A stretch of 64,000 nucleotides of DNA from Chiloscyllium plagiosum (taxonomy: Eukaryota), in the NCBI RefSeq assembly GCF_004010195.1, contig NC_057718.1:102160079-102224078 (forward strand), read 5' to 3'. Of the stretch, positions 47,948-60,333 are shown piece after piece (position 1 is the first letter of the stretch; every line of letters begins with the position of its first letter). The position numbers were made by a program, and so were the translations under genes. The notes below the pieces were generated by a model. That model did no database searches and was not told where the DNA came from. It was given only the letters and a program-made list of their open reading frames with translations.

Positions 47948-49380
47948 ATAGAGTCTTAGAGTTACACAGCACAGAAACAGACCCTTCAGTTCAACTCTTC
48001 CATACTGTCCAGACATCCCAATCTGATCTAGTCCTATTTGCCTGAACCTGGCTCATATCCCTCCAAACCCTTCCAATTCATGTCCCCATCCAGATGCCTT
48101 TTAAATACAGTAATTGTACCAGCCTCCACCACTTCCTGTGGCAGCTCATTCCATACACGTACCACCCTGGGTGTGAAAAAGTTGCCCCTTTGGTCTCTTT
48201 TATATCTTTCCCCTCTCACCTTAAACCTATGCCCTCTAGTTCTAGACTCCCCCATCCCAGGGAAAAGACTTTGCCTATTTATCCTATCCATGCCCCTCAT
48301 AATTTTGTAAACCTCTATAAGGTCACCCCTCAGCCTCTGACACTCCAGGGAAAACAGAAGTTTGCCGATGATACAAAGTTAGGTGGACAGGCAGGTAGTA
48401 CTGAGGAAGTGGGGAGGCTGCAGAAGGATCTAGACAGTTTGGGAGAGTGGTCCAGGAAATGGCTGATGGAATTCAATGTGAGCAAATGCGAGGTCTTGCA
48501 CTTTGGAAAAAAGAATACACACATGGGCTACTTTCTAAATGGTGAGAAAATTCATAAAGCCAAAGTACAGAGGGATCTGGGAGTGCTAGTCGAGGATTCT
48601 CTAAAAGTAAACATACAGGTTGAGGCTGTGATTAATAACGCGAATGCAATGTTGTCATTTATCTCAAGAGGGTTGGAATGTAAAAGCACCGTTGTGCTAC
48701 TGAGACTTTATAAAGCTCTGGTTAGGCCCCATTTGGAATACTGTGTCCAGTTTTGGTCCCCACACCTCAGGAAGGACATACTGGCACTGGAGCGTGTCCA
48801 GCGGAGATTCACACGGATGATCCCTGGAATGGTGAGTCTAACATACGAGGAACTGCTGAGGATTCTGGGATTGAAGTTTAGAAGATTAAGGGGAGATCTA
48901 ATAGAAACTTACAAGATAATACATGGCTTGGAAAGGCTGGAAGCTAGGAAATTGTTTCCGTTAGGCGAGGAGACTAGGACCCGTGGACACAGCCTTAGAA
49001 TTAGAGGGGGTAAATTCAGAACAGAAATGTGGAGACATTTCTTTAGCCAGAGAGTGATGGGCCTGTGGAATTCATTGCCGCAGAGTGCAGTGGAGGCTGG
49101 GACATTAAATGTCTTCAAGGCAGAGATTGATAAATTCTTGATATCTCAAGGAATTAAGGGCTACGCGGAGAATGCAGGTAAGTGGAGTTAAAATGCCCAT
49201 CAGCCATGATTGAATGGCGGAGTGGACTCGATGGGCCACATGGCCTTATTTCCACTCCTATGTCTTATGGTCTTATGGTCTTAAATCTTTTCTGAACTCT
49301 TTCAGGTTTCACAACATCCTTCCTAAAGAAGGGTGACAAGAATTGTATGCAGTATTCCAAAAGTGGCCTCACCAATGTCC
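47948..49380 (-). mobile_element. CR1 3' fragment interrupted by an oppositely oriented CR1
   Basis: ORF 48034-48300 (NFFTPRVVRVWNELP); outer copy resumes at 49283. Confidence 0.9.
48358..49282 (+). mobile_element. Young 5'-truncated CR1 (open RT C-terminal frame, (TCTTATGG)n tail)
   Basis: KFADDTKLGG...VRPHLEYCVQFWSP...GIKGYAENAGKWS open to 49191. Confidence 0.95.
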
Positions 49381-51429
49381 CCTACTCAACTCTTCAATTG
49401 GTGTCTTAACTGACTCAGTCCAGTTTTCCCTCTGGGATCACCGGGACAGATTTATGAATTCTTACCAATTTTTCTTCTTGACTGCTGACCCAAACACCTT
49501 CTCACTTCTGACAACTTGAAACTTTTCTACAAACTCTCACGGCTTAGAGACTTCACAAACTAAGATCCTTCTCCTCAGGAAAAACTCAGCTCCTGAATTG
49601 AACTCTCGACTCTACTGAAGCGCAGTTGAAAAAACTAAAATAATGGCCCCAGGTCTGTTTTCTGTATTTGTTGTAAACTCAGCAGTAGAAGGGTTCCATC
49701 AATCAGCATCTCCAACGTCCTGATAGACATTTAACTCAATCACATGCTTTCTTGGCAGTTATTTGTTTTTGTCATTGTTCCAAATGGTTTCTGACCTCTT
49801 TAAAAAGCCCCCTTCGCAGAAACAAAACCAAAACCAAAATCCATCTTTCTCAATTTTAAATGTTTGAATTCCCAAATGGTAATAATTTGGCAGCACATCA
49901 ACTTTATCACTCATTTCTCATGGCAGTGAAGAGTAAACCACATGGCTGTAGGTCAGGAATCACAGAGCAGATGAGGACAGATTTCCCTCACTAAAGAACA
50001 TTCAGAGTCTTATGGGCACTCACTATTAAGTTATATGTAATAAACCTTTTTACTGTTCATCAAGTTTGCCGAAGAGACTGTAAGTGGGCATTCTTCCCCA
50101 GTTGGTGTCAATAGTTTAGACTAATCCCAGAAAGAAACACTGGTGGCAGTGATCTCCCCAACATCGCTGGTGATCCCAATGGATGACCGTGCAAATGTAA
50201 GACGTTTCTCAATTATCCTGCTGCTGTTTGACGACACTGATCTGTGGAAGGCATTTCCTGTTGATACTGAGGATTTCCTGTGAAGCTAACATCCTGGGAA
50301 CACATGATCTTACACTTGCTACCATAATGAAAGACAATAAATCAATGCAGAAAGTGAAAGGGTGAATCATTGCAAAGCAATTACCAAGGGCCAGTGAGAA
50401 TCTTCAGGCTTCAGAAAGGAAATTATAAACTTCTCAAGATGTTACTGTCAGCAACAGGAAATTAATGAAATTACCAGAAAAAAGAAATGTATTGCTGTGT
50501 CTTCAGCTCCATTAATGTTTATTACCCGAGGCAGACCAGGAATGAAGAGTTATTCCTCACAGCTTTCAAACCAAATTTTATAATTCTTCCAGTTAGCCGT
50601 TGCTGCGACCGATCCTGGGGTATCTTACATGAACAAGGCTGTGTTCTGCTCAATAGTAAACAGTTTGAACTGGTGCTGTTAGATTTTCAAAGCAGCATAA
50701 GAACAAGGAGCAGGAGTCGGCCATTCAGTCCCTCAAGCCTGCTCCACCAGACTTCTGGATCAAAGCTGATCTGACAGCGGCTTTAACTCCAGTTCCCCAC
50801 CCACCACCCGACGATGACTGACTCCCTTGTTCAAGAAGAATCTATCTACCTCTGCCTTAACAATACCCAATGACTGATGTTTTCAATCAACAGAAAAAGA
50901 TTAGATGGAAATTAAGTGAGATTTGGGGCATTTCCATTTGGACAACAAGACCACCTCCCACACCAAAGCTACCCAGCATGCATCTCTCCTTCACACCTTC
51001 TTTCATTCAAAGAAAATCTTTTCTCAATCTTTTTTTCAATTGTTCATTTCATATTTTCCTTCTTTCCCACCCCCCCCCAGTATGTTACAGCCCTCGGTCT
51101 AGCTAACGAATTTCTCAATGGTTCAACTCAACAGTTCCAATGCTCTCCATTGGCCTCCCACCCCATAAACCAGGGCTCACCCAAACTGATCCCCAGGAAC
51201 TTGCACCTAAATCCATCAGCTACATGATCATTCACCTGCATTGACCTTTGGTCCAGCAAACACCTCCACGTTATTTCCCCCTCCAACACTTCCACCATCC
51301 AAGATCTCCGTGTTTTTCAATTTTCACCTCCATAGCAGCCTAGGGTTGTACATGTTTGTCATTGGTGGGAGTTGAGTTCTGGATTTACCTCCCTGAATCT
51401 CACCATCTCTCTCTTCCTTTTCATAAAAT

Positions 51430-51930
51430 CATCAGACCATGAGAAATAGGGACAGACTTGGCCCCTTTAGTTTGCACACCATTCAATAGGATCATGGCTG
51501 ATCCAATGCTCCTCACGTCCACTTTCCTGCATTTTCCTTTAATCCTTGATTGCACTATTGGTCAAGAATCTATCTATCTCAGCCTTAGATAACTCTGCCC
51601 TCACAGCTCTCTGTGACAAGGAGTTGCAAAGACTGGGAGAAGAAATTCCTCCTCATCTCAGTCTTAAATTGGAGCTCCTTTATTCTGAGACTATGACCTC
51701 TGGTCCTAGACCCTCCCATGAGGGGGAAACATTGACCCTGTCAAGCCCCATTAAGAATCTGACATGTTTCAATAAGGTCACCTCCCATTCTTCTAAACTC
51801 CAGGGACTATAGTCCCAACCTGTTTAGCCTTTGTCCATAAGACTGATCCCTCCATCCGAGGGATTATTTTGGTGAACTTTCTCTGAACTGCCTCCAATAA
51901 ACAAGAGGATCAAAACTTCTCACAACATTC
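51430..51930 (-). mobile_element. CR1 3' fragment
   Basis: 3'UTR and ORF2-end motifs. Confidence 0.75.
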
Positions 51931-52059
51931 TTCCCTCAAATCGTCCTGAGGGTAAGGCCGGGGCTTTGGAGAAAGGTCTTCACTCTGGGGCTGGTAAATG
52001 TTTGGAACTCTCTACCCCAGAGGGCTACAGATGTCCAGAGATGACTGAGAACCATCATC

Positions 52060-52300
52060 GCCTTTTGAGCAAGTAAACCAGAGGCCCCGGGGGTCATGGG
52101 TTCAAATCCCAGCATGACAGTTAGTGGAATATAAATTTGATGAATAAAAATCTGGAATGGTGGCTAGTCTCAGTGATGATGACCATCAGACTGTGGTAGG
52201 AACCCATCTGGTTCACTAATGTCCCTTTAGGGAAGGAAACCTGCCGTCTTTACCCTGTCTGGCCTACATGTGACTCCGGGAACACAGCAACGCATTGGCT
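52060..52300 (+). mobile_element. tRNA-derived SINE
   Basis: B box GGTTCAAATCC; core AGGGAAGGAAACCTGCCGTCTTTACC. Confidence 0.7.
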
Positions 52301-52384
52301 TTAAAACAAATTAAGATTTTTTAATTATTAAGAAGAGACTATTTGCTTAAAAGAGCCATTCCTTTGTGATATGGATCACTGAAC

Positions 52385-53035
52385 ATAGATCATAGAATAT
52401 ACAACAATACAGCACAGGAATAGGCCCTTCGGCCTGCCATGTCTGTGCTGACCATGATGCTATTCTAAACGAATCCCATCTCCCTGCACCTGGTCCATAT
52501 CCCTCTATTCTCAGTTCATGTGTCTGTCTAAATGCCCCTTAAAAGTTGTTATTGTATGTGCCTCTATCACCTCCCCAGGCAGTGCGTTCCATGCACCTAA
52601 CACCCTCTGTGTAAAAAATGCTTGCCTCACACATCTCCTTTATCCCCCTTTCACTTTAAACCGATGCCCCTCGTATTTGACATTTCCATCCTGGGAAAAA
52701 GACCCCTGACTAATCAACCTATCCATGTCTCGCACCATTTTATCAGGTCACCCCTCGGCCTTCACACTCCAGTGAAAACAATCCAACTTTGTCCAACCTC
52801 TCCTTACAGCTCTGAGTTCTGAGGAAGGGTCACTCGACCCAGAACATTAACTCCTGATTTCTCTCCACAAACGCTGCTAGACCTGCTGAGCTTTTCTGGC
52901 AATTTCTGGGTTTTTTTTTGTTGTTTCTGATTTACAGGCATCCTCAGTTCTTTGGGTTCTCCTTATAGCTAATGCACTCCAATCCAGGCTCTGGTTAAAC
53001 CCCTTTTGCAGCCTTTCCAAAGCCATATCGCAGTG
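52385..53035 (-). mobile_element. CR1 3' fragment with nested PLE pLTR (52812-52957, 13-bp TSD)
   Basis: TSD TCTCCTTAYAGCT at 52799-52811 and 52958-52970; decayed hammerhead GAGTT-CTGAGGAAGGGTCACTCGACCCAGAACATT-AACTC. Confidence 0.8.
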
Positions 53036-54487
53036 ACTAAAATCAAATCTCAGAGGGTGAGGATCTAAAGATTTCGATCGATTGGTCACGTTGTGGAGTG
53101 TTCAGCTTCAGTCCTCAGGCTTCAGGCAAGAGTGAACTTAAAACACAGCATTTGTGCTAAAATGCCAAAAAGAGACCTGGGAGTGTGGTTGTGAGAAAAA
53201 CATTCAAAATGAAGGTCTCACTGACCTGCCAGGTTTGATGTTGACAAACCAAATTGGGTATAATTGGAGCTGTCAAATCTCAATCATTTCTGGTCAAACT
53301 CACTTAGTCTTACTTTCGAAAACATTGATCTCGCTTTCACTACATCTCAAACAAAAGTGGTGGTCAGGATTTTTTTATACGCTGTGGAATTAAAGATATT
53401 TGTGGCATTCTTCAGACGCAAAATAAAATGCTTTGGAAATTTTCTTCTGAATCAGTCACGATAGAAAGAATTTTATGTAGTCAAAGTTGATAAGAGGCAG
53501 GAGTAGGGATTGGGAGGCCTTTCTGCTCCTTGAAGTATTCAACGTTATCATAGTTGCCCTTCTACATCAATCCTATCATAGCCTGCCCTCTTCCCCCCAT
53601 TCATCCCCCTTATCCCTGATACTTGAAAACCTATTGATCTTGAATCTACTCATTGATAGAACATCCACAGCTCCATAGGGTTGAGAATTCCAATAATTCC
53701 AAAGTAATTTCTCCTCATTCCAGGAAGAGGTGGGCATTCCCGAGACTGGGATCCTCACCATGTTGGGTTCACCGGTTCTGTGGCCTCTCACAAGTAATCC
53801 ATTTGTGAACTGTCCGGGGAATTGTTTGTTTCTTAGGGAATTGTTTTTTTGGCAGTTGCCGGCTAGAATCTCAGCACAGTTACAGTACAAGAAGGCCATT
53901 CAGCCTGCCCTTTGTGTACTAGCCCTCTAAAAGAGTGCTGCCCGTTCCCTTCAGGTTTTTTTAAAATTTGCTCATTGCTTTGGGCCAGAATTTATTACCA
54001 ATCCCTATTGCCTTCAAGGCCTGAGTTCGATTGATCTCATGCTGGGATAAACACACTGACTAACCGCCTGGCTCTTCAACAAACACTAAGTCTGCTTTCC
54101 AATCTCACTGCAGTCAACACCCTCTCTCAGCCACTTAGGGGACTGTCTTCAGCATTAATGAAGACTGAAATTAAAAATGTATTAAATATGGCTGCCATTA
54201 TTGATTGCCATCTGCAAATTGACATTCCTTTCCTCTCGAGAACTCAACCTCGTTTGTAACAATCTTCTTCCTCCAGAGGTATCGGTACAAATTCATCACC
54301 ACTCTCCCCTCAGTTTTTAAAACAATATTCTTTCTTATCTGATGGAATAGGCTCCACAACCAATTCCTCCGAGGTGCCTTTTGAGCATCACATGCAGGAC
54401 CTAGATTTGATGCCATGATACTTAATTAAAAGCTACCACCTTCATTGTATATTGTACATACATCACTATATACTGTTTTATATTGTA

Positions 54488-54740
54488 TATAGAACATAGA
54501 ACATTACAGCACAGGAATGGGCCCTTCGGCCCACAATGTTGTGCTGCACATCACACCAAATTAAACTAATCCCTTCTGCCTCCCTTTGGTCCAGATCCCT
54601 CTATTCCTTGTATATCCATGTGCTTACCTAAAAGTCCCTTAAACGCCCCTATTGTGTCTGCCTCCACCACCACCCGTGCAGCACATTCCACACACCTACC
54701 ACTCTCTGTGTAAAAAGCTTACCCCTCATGTCTCCTTTGA
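54488..54740 (-). mobile_element. CR1 3' end
   Basis: (CATAGAA)n tail, GGCCCTTCGGCCCAC. Confidence 0.8.
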
Positions 54741-55214
54741 CCTTTCATCCAAAAGTAGTTGTCCCTCCAGCAAGGCCCTGCTGAAAGGCCCTGACAAGTA
54801 ACAAATTGTAGGCTCCATCGCTTCCTCATCTCTCAGGCTCTCCGCTGTGCGTTTGCTCAGCTCTGCATCCAAGAGGTCACATCCAGGGGTTTCCCAGGTC
54901 CTTCTGACGCTGAACACGTCTGAATCCCATCTTCTGGAAATCCTTCACTGATCCCCACTACCACTCACCATCTCCCTCTCCTCCTTCTTCACCCAGGAAT
55001 TCTCTACCAAATATCTGAATATATTCAAGAAACAGATTGATTTTGTTGAGATATTAAAGGCATCAGGAGGTATGGAGAGCAAGCGGGAATGTAGCGTTGA
55101 GATAGAAGATCAGCCACAATCATATTGAATGGTGAAGCAGGCTCAAAGGCCGAATGGCCTACTCCTGTTTGCATTTTCTATGCTTCCATTAAGACATTTC
55201 TGTGAAGCATTCAC

Positions 55215-55500
55215 TGGTAACCTAGAGACCCCCCCCAAGCTAACGTTCTAGTGACATGGGCTCAAATCCCACTGTGGCAGGTGACATCTGAATTCAATTA
55301 AGAATTGCAATTATAAGCTAAAGGTGACCAAGTAAAAATTGATGATTGACATAAAATCCCATCTGGCTCATTAATGTCCTTTAGGGAAGGAAATCTGCCA
55401 TCCTTACCCAGTCTGTCCAGACCCACAGCAATGACTCTTAACTGCCCTCTGCAATGGCCAAGCAAATAAAGGGCAATTAGGGATGGGCAAAAAATGATGC
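55215..55500 (+). mobile_element. tRNA-derived SINE
   Basis: Same core as 52060, plus AGGGATGGGCAA tail. Confidence 0.7.
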
Positions 55501-55538
55501 CTCTCACCCAACTTTCAGTCCAGGATAGTTACACACGT

Positions 55539-55973
55539 GTATTGCCCCATTTAAAGATGGCAGACTCACCCTTTCCTTGTCATGCATTACCCTGTATAAA
55601 GATGGCGGGCTCACCTGCTTCTTGCTGTGCATTGCCCCCTATAAAGATGGTGGATTCCACTGCTCCATTCAATGTATTGTCCCTTTAAAGATAGCAGCCT
55701 CATCTGCACCTTGCCATGCATTGCTCCCTCTGAAGTGTGGCTTCACAGGCTTTCTGCCATGCTTTGCCCCCTATAAAGATGGCGTCCTCACTGCTCCTTG
55801 CCATACATTGCCCCCTATAAAGATGGCAACCTCACATATTGCCTACTGTGCATTGTCCTCTGTAAAGATGGTAGCCTCACATGCTTTCTGCTATCCATTG
55901 CCCCCTACAAAGATGGCGGCCAAACCAGCCCCCTGCCATGCATTGCTTTAGATAAATATGGTGGATGCACAGG
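55539..55973 (+). repeat. Degenerate ~44-bp tandem repeat x10 with AAAGATGGCGG (YY1-like) core
   Basis: Consensus GCATTGCCCCCTATAAAGATGGCGGCCTCACCTGCTCCTTGCCAT. Confidence 0.88.
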
Positions 55974-57171
55974 TTTCTCTGGGAAAATCAGCCAATGAAA
56001 AGAGTGCAACAGCACAGATCACTTTTGAAATACACGATGAAAATAGTCCCCAGGAAGAAACAAAAACAGACTCAGGCAGAAGGACAGGACAATCCTATTT
56101 AAAAAATCAGGATTTTTGGACACTGCCGAGTAATTCAATCTGTGGCTCAATATGCATATTCCCGGATAGTTTTCAATGTTGGAAATGCACTGTGAGTTGT
56201 GAGTGTCAAGCCTTCATGATTCAATGGGAATACAGCCCATTAACCCCAGTACATGGTTTCAAATATGACCTTGATCCCTCACTTACATTTCAGTCCAATG
56301 TATCCTGGATGACGATGTTGTTATAAAATGTGGAACAAAATTTCTGACTGTGTGGAATGCGTTCAACTTTGACACAGGACCTTTAGAATCTGAGCTTTGA
56401 AACCAAATCAGTTCAGCACTTGATTTTCTAAAATCAGACAAAGTATTTGGACATAATCCTGGAAACTAAGCAGTCACAGTATGTTAGAGCATGTCAAGAC
56501 TGGTTGAGGTGAACTCCATTATAAACACAATAGTGTGGCTCCTTCTAGTATTGCAATTCTGGTTTGCACTGCCACTGTTGAGGTGGAAGGAGTACACTGA
56601 CTTATCGCATTCCTGACAGTCTCCAAACTGGTGTGAGTGAGTGAGAATTGATTTGGTGATGTTTGGAAGCATTATCTAGCACACTCTGTTGATGTTCTGC
56701 CAATTCCAACAATCTGTATTCAGACTTAGAATTGTTGAATGGTTGTAGCACAGAAGGAAGCTGTTTGTTTCATCGTATCTGAGTTAACCCTCAGCAGCAA
56801 TGGCTCACCCAATCCCACTTTTCCAATCTAGAGCTCTGAAAATGATTTTCACTACAGCCATTCTTTTAATCCATTCATTGGATGCGGGCATTGCTATGGA
56901 CCGGCATTTATTGCCCATCCCTAGTTGCCTTCAAGAAGGTAGTGGTGAGCTATCTTCTTAAACCACTGCGGTCCATGTGCTGTGGGGACACTGACAGTGC
57001 TGTTAGGGAGGCATTGCCAGGATTCTGACCCAGCCAAAATGTGATTTATGAAGATTTACATTCTATTGAAGAAAATAAGACAGAGCAAGCATGTGGTACA
57101 GGTCCTCTAAGTAGCTGTTTAGCAGAATAGAACTTTGGAACACAGCCCCTCAAGATGATACATTGCAAAAC

Positions 57172-58156
57172 TTTGTTTAAAAGTTACAGTCTCAAGTGAA
57201 CTTTAACAATTGGTGCCATGTCGGCCCAGATAATGCATTGAAGGTGTGAGGTGCCCTGTGTGAGGCTGTCTGTGCCCCAATGTTCAGACTGATTCTAATC
57301 TAAAAAAGGGATTTGCAGAATCTTACATAGACTCATGTAGTCTTGGAGCACAATAAAATGTAATTCAGCAAGTTCAAATTCACCCCACAAACTTATATGT
57401 GTATGTGTACAAGTGGGTTATGTAGTGTCTGTGAGAGGGTGTGTGTGTGAGTGTAAAGGGGTATAAGTCGGTGTGTCTGTGTGTGTAGTGCAGTGGGGTC
57501 ACCTGTAGTGTGACATGAACCTAAGGTCCCGGTTGAGGCCGTCCCTGTGGGTACCGAACTTGGCTATCAGCCTCTGCTCGGCCACTTTGCATTGTTGTCT
57601 ATTCCAAAGTTGGCCTTGGAGGATGGTCACCCAAAGATCGAATGTCCCAGACCACTGAAGTGTTCTCTGACTGGGAGGGAACACTCCTGCCTGGTGATTG
57701 TTGCGTGGTGTCTGTTGCTGTAGCCTCTGCTCGGTCTCACCAATGTACCATGCCTCAGGGCATCCTTGCCTGCAGCGCATGAGATAGACAACGTTGGCTG
57801 AGTCACATGAGTACCTGCCATGTACATGGTGGGAGGTGTCCCCATGTGTAATGGTGGTAATGGATACCACCTATTCATGTCAGGATACCTCCCACTATTG
57901 TTAAAGTTCATTGAGAATGTAACTTCAAGGAAGTTCTGAGATTTATATGTGAAAGAATTGAAACCAACATGGTCATTCTAAAAGATGAGAGACTTAACAA
58001 ACAATCCAGGTCTTTTTCAATATATCATTTCAGTTACATCACACTGTAAACTTTTGCTATAAATTCTGTATCTTACGATCTTATACTCCAAAACTCCGAA
58101 AGCTAGTGCTTCTAATTAAACCTGTTGGACTATAATCTGGTGTTGTGTGGTTTTTA
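57172..58156. mobile_element. Penelope-like element fragment: GIY-YIG endonuclease (-) plus 3' pLTR (+)
   Basis: YSCDSANVVYLMRCRQGCPEAWYIGETEQRL...HFSG...KFGTHRDGLN; pLTR from 57898 matches 29368-29652 with the hammerhead core deleted. Confidence 0.9.
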
Positions 58157-58223
58157 TCTTAGATGATGTTGGTTGCTTTGCCGAAACAATGGGAAGTATA
58201 GATGGTGTCAATGGATGGAAGGC

Positions 58224-58401
58224 AAAAGTGAGTACTGCAGATGCTGGAGATCAGAGTCTAGATCAGAGTGGTGCTGGAAAAGCACAGCAGGTCAGGCAGC
58301 ATCCGAGGAGCAGGAAAATTGACGTTTCGGGCAAAAGCCCTTCATCAGGAATGCTGCCTGACCTGTTGTGCTTTTCCAACTCCACTCTAATCTAGACTCA
58401 G
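58224..58401. mobile_element. Penelope-like mini-insertion, inverted arms, 12-15-bp TSD
   Basis: TSD TGGATGGAAGGC at 58212-58223 and 58402-58413. Confidence 0.85.
58321..58348 (-). ncRNA. Minimal hammerhead ribozyme motif (intact core)
   Basis: CUGAUGA-A-GGGC-UUUU-GCCC-GAAA-CGUC. Confidence 0.75.
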
Positions 58402-58928
58402 TGGATGGAAGGCTGGCATGTGTGATGGACTGGGCTGTAGTCACAACCCTCTGTAGTTTCTTGCAGTCTTGGGAAGTGCAGTTGCCAAACGACATTGTGA
58501 TGCATCCAGATAGGATGCTTTCTATGATGCATCTATAAAAATCAGTAAGAGTCCTTGTGGACAATCCTTGTAGACCTGCTAGGTTTCTCCAGCATTCTCT
58601 GTCTTTGTTAAAGTGCCACAAGTTTTGAAAACTCAACAAATGTAGGAACAAAATTTAATTAAAATTGTACTGATCTTTTCAACCAGATGTAAGCACCAGG
58701 ATACAATTTCACTCAAGTATACTGAGCGACATGCATACCAAAGGCCGTCTGCACATTACTGATTGTAATTCCAACCTATCAACACTATCAACACTGCTTT
58801 ATGTTCAGAGTTAACTGCCTATAACATATGTATTTGACAGGAGGCAATGAAACACAAAGATGTTTTGTAATATTAAAAGGTTTTTCTGTTAGACTAGAGA
58901 TAATATTCCCCAAATCCTAACCATCCAA

Positions 58929-59046
58929 GAATCCCTACAGTGTGGAAGCAGGTGTTTTGGCCCATCAACTCCACACTGACCCTCCAAAGAGCATCCCATG
59001 CCATTACCCTGTATTTCCCATAGTCAATCCACCCTAACCTGCACAT
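58929..59046 (-). mobile_element. HE1 SINE 3' half
   Basis: Ends at CCTAACCTGCACAT and continues at 62858. Confidence 0.8.
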
Positions 59047-60333
59047 AGAGTCACATAGTCATAGAGATGTGCAGCATGGAAACAGACCCTTCGGTCCAAC
59101 CTGTCCATGCCAACCAGATAGCCCAACCCAATCTAGTCCCACCTGCCAGCATCCGGCCCATATCCCTCCAAACCCTTCCTATTCATATACCCATTCAAAT
59201 GACTCTTAAATGTTGCAATTGTATCAGCCTCCACCACTGGCAGCACATTCCATACATGTACCACCCTCTGCATGGAAACATTTGCCCCTTAGGTCTTTCT
59301 TATATCTTTCCCCTCTCACCCTAAACCTATGCCCTCTAGTTCTGGACTCCCCGACCCCAGGGAAAAGACTTTGTCTATTTACCATATCCATGCCCCTTAT
59401 GATTTTATAAACCTCTATAAGGTCACCCCTCAGTCTCCGACGCTCCAGGGAAAACAGTCCCAGCCTTTACAACCTCTCCCTATATCTCAAATTCTCCAAC
59501 CCTGGCAACATCCTTGTAAATCTTTTCTGAGCCCTTTCAAGTTTCACAACAGCTTTCCGATAGGAAGGAGACCAGAATTGCACGCCTAACCAATGTCCTG
59601 TACAGCCGCAACATGACCTCCCAACTCCTGTACTCAATACTCTGACCAATAAAGGAAAGCATACCAAATGCCTTCTTCACTATCCTATCAACCTGCAACT
59701 CCACTTTCAAGGAGCTATTAACATGCATTCCAAGGTCTCTTTGTTCAGCAACACTCTCTAGGATCTGACCGTTAAGTGTATAAGTCCTGCTAAGATTTGC
59801 TTTCCCAAAATGCAGCACCTCACATTTATCTGAATTAAACTCCATCTGCCACTTCTCTGCCCATTGGCCCATCTGGTCCAGATCCTGTTGTAATCTGAGG
59901 TAATCCTCTTCGCTGTCCACTACACCTCCAATTTTGGTGTCATCTGCAAACTTACTAACTGTACCTCTTATGCTTGCATCCAAATCATTTATATAAATGC
60001 TGAAAAGTAGGGACCCAGCACCGATCTTTGTGGCACTCCACTGGTCGCAGGCCTCCAGTCTGAAAAACAACCCTCCACCACCACCCTCTGTCTTCTAGCT
60101 TTGAGCCAGTTCTGTATCCAAATGGCTAGTTCTCCCTGAGGTCTTCCATGAGATCTAACCTTGCTAACCAGTCTCCCATGGAGAACCTTATCGAACACCT
60201 TACTGAAGTCCATATACATCACATTTACCGCTCTGCCCTCATCAATCCTCTTTGTTCCTTTTTCAAAAAACTCAATCAAGTTTGTAAGACATGATTTCCT
60301 ACGCACAAAGCCATGTTGACTATCCCTAATCAG

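Larger units (their letters stand above)
58157..58562 (-). mobile_element. Rex1/Babar LINE fragment interrupted by a PLE
   Basis: TLTDFYRCIIESILSGCITMSFGNCTSQDCKKLQRVVTTAQSIT. Confidence 0.88.

Noticed and set aside
48094..49191. 365-aa ORF as a domesticated gene
   Set aside because: The N-terminal ~88 aa are antisense CR1 fused by chance to a truncated RT lacking its N-terminal motifs
54886..54895. Single kB site GGGGTTTCCC
   Set aside because: An isolated 10-mer is expected by chance in 64 kb
55958..56326. 122-aa plus-strand ORF
   Set aside because: Starts in a repeat; no splice support or recognisable domain
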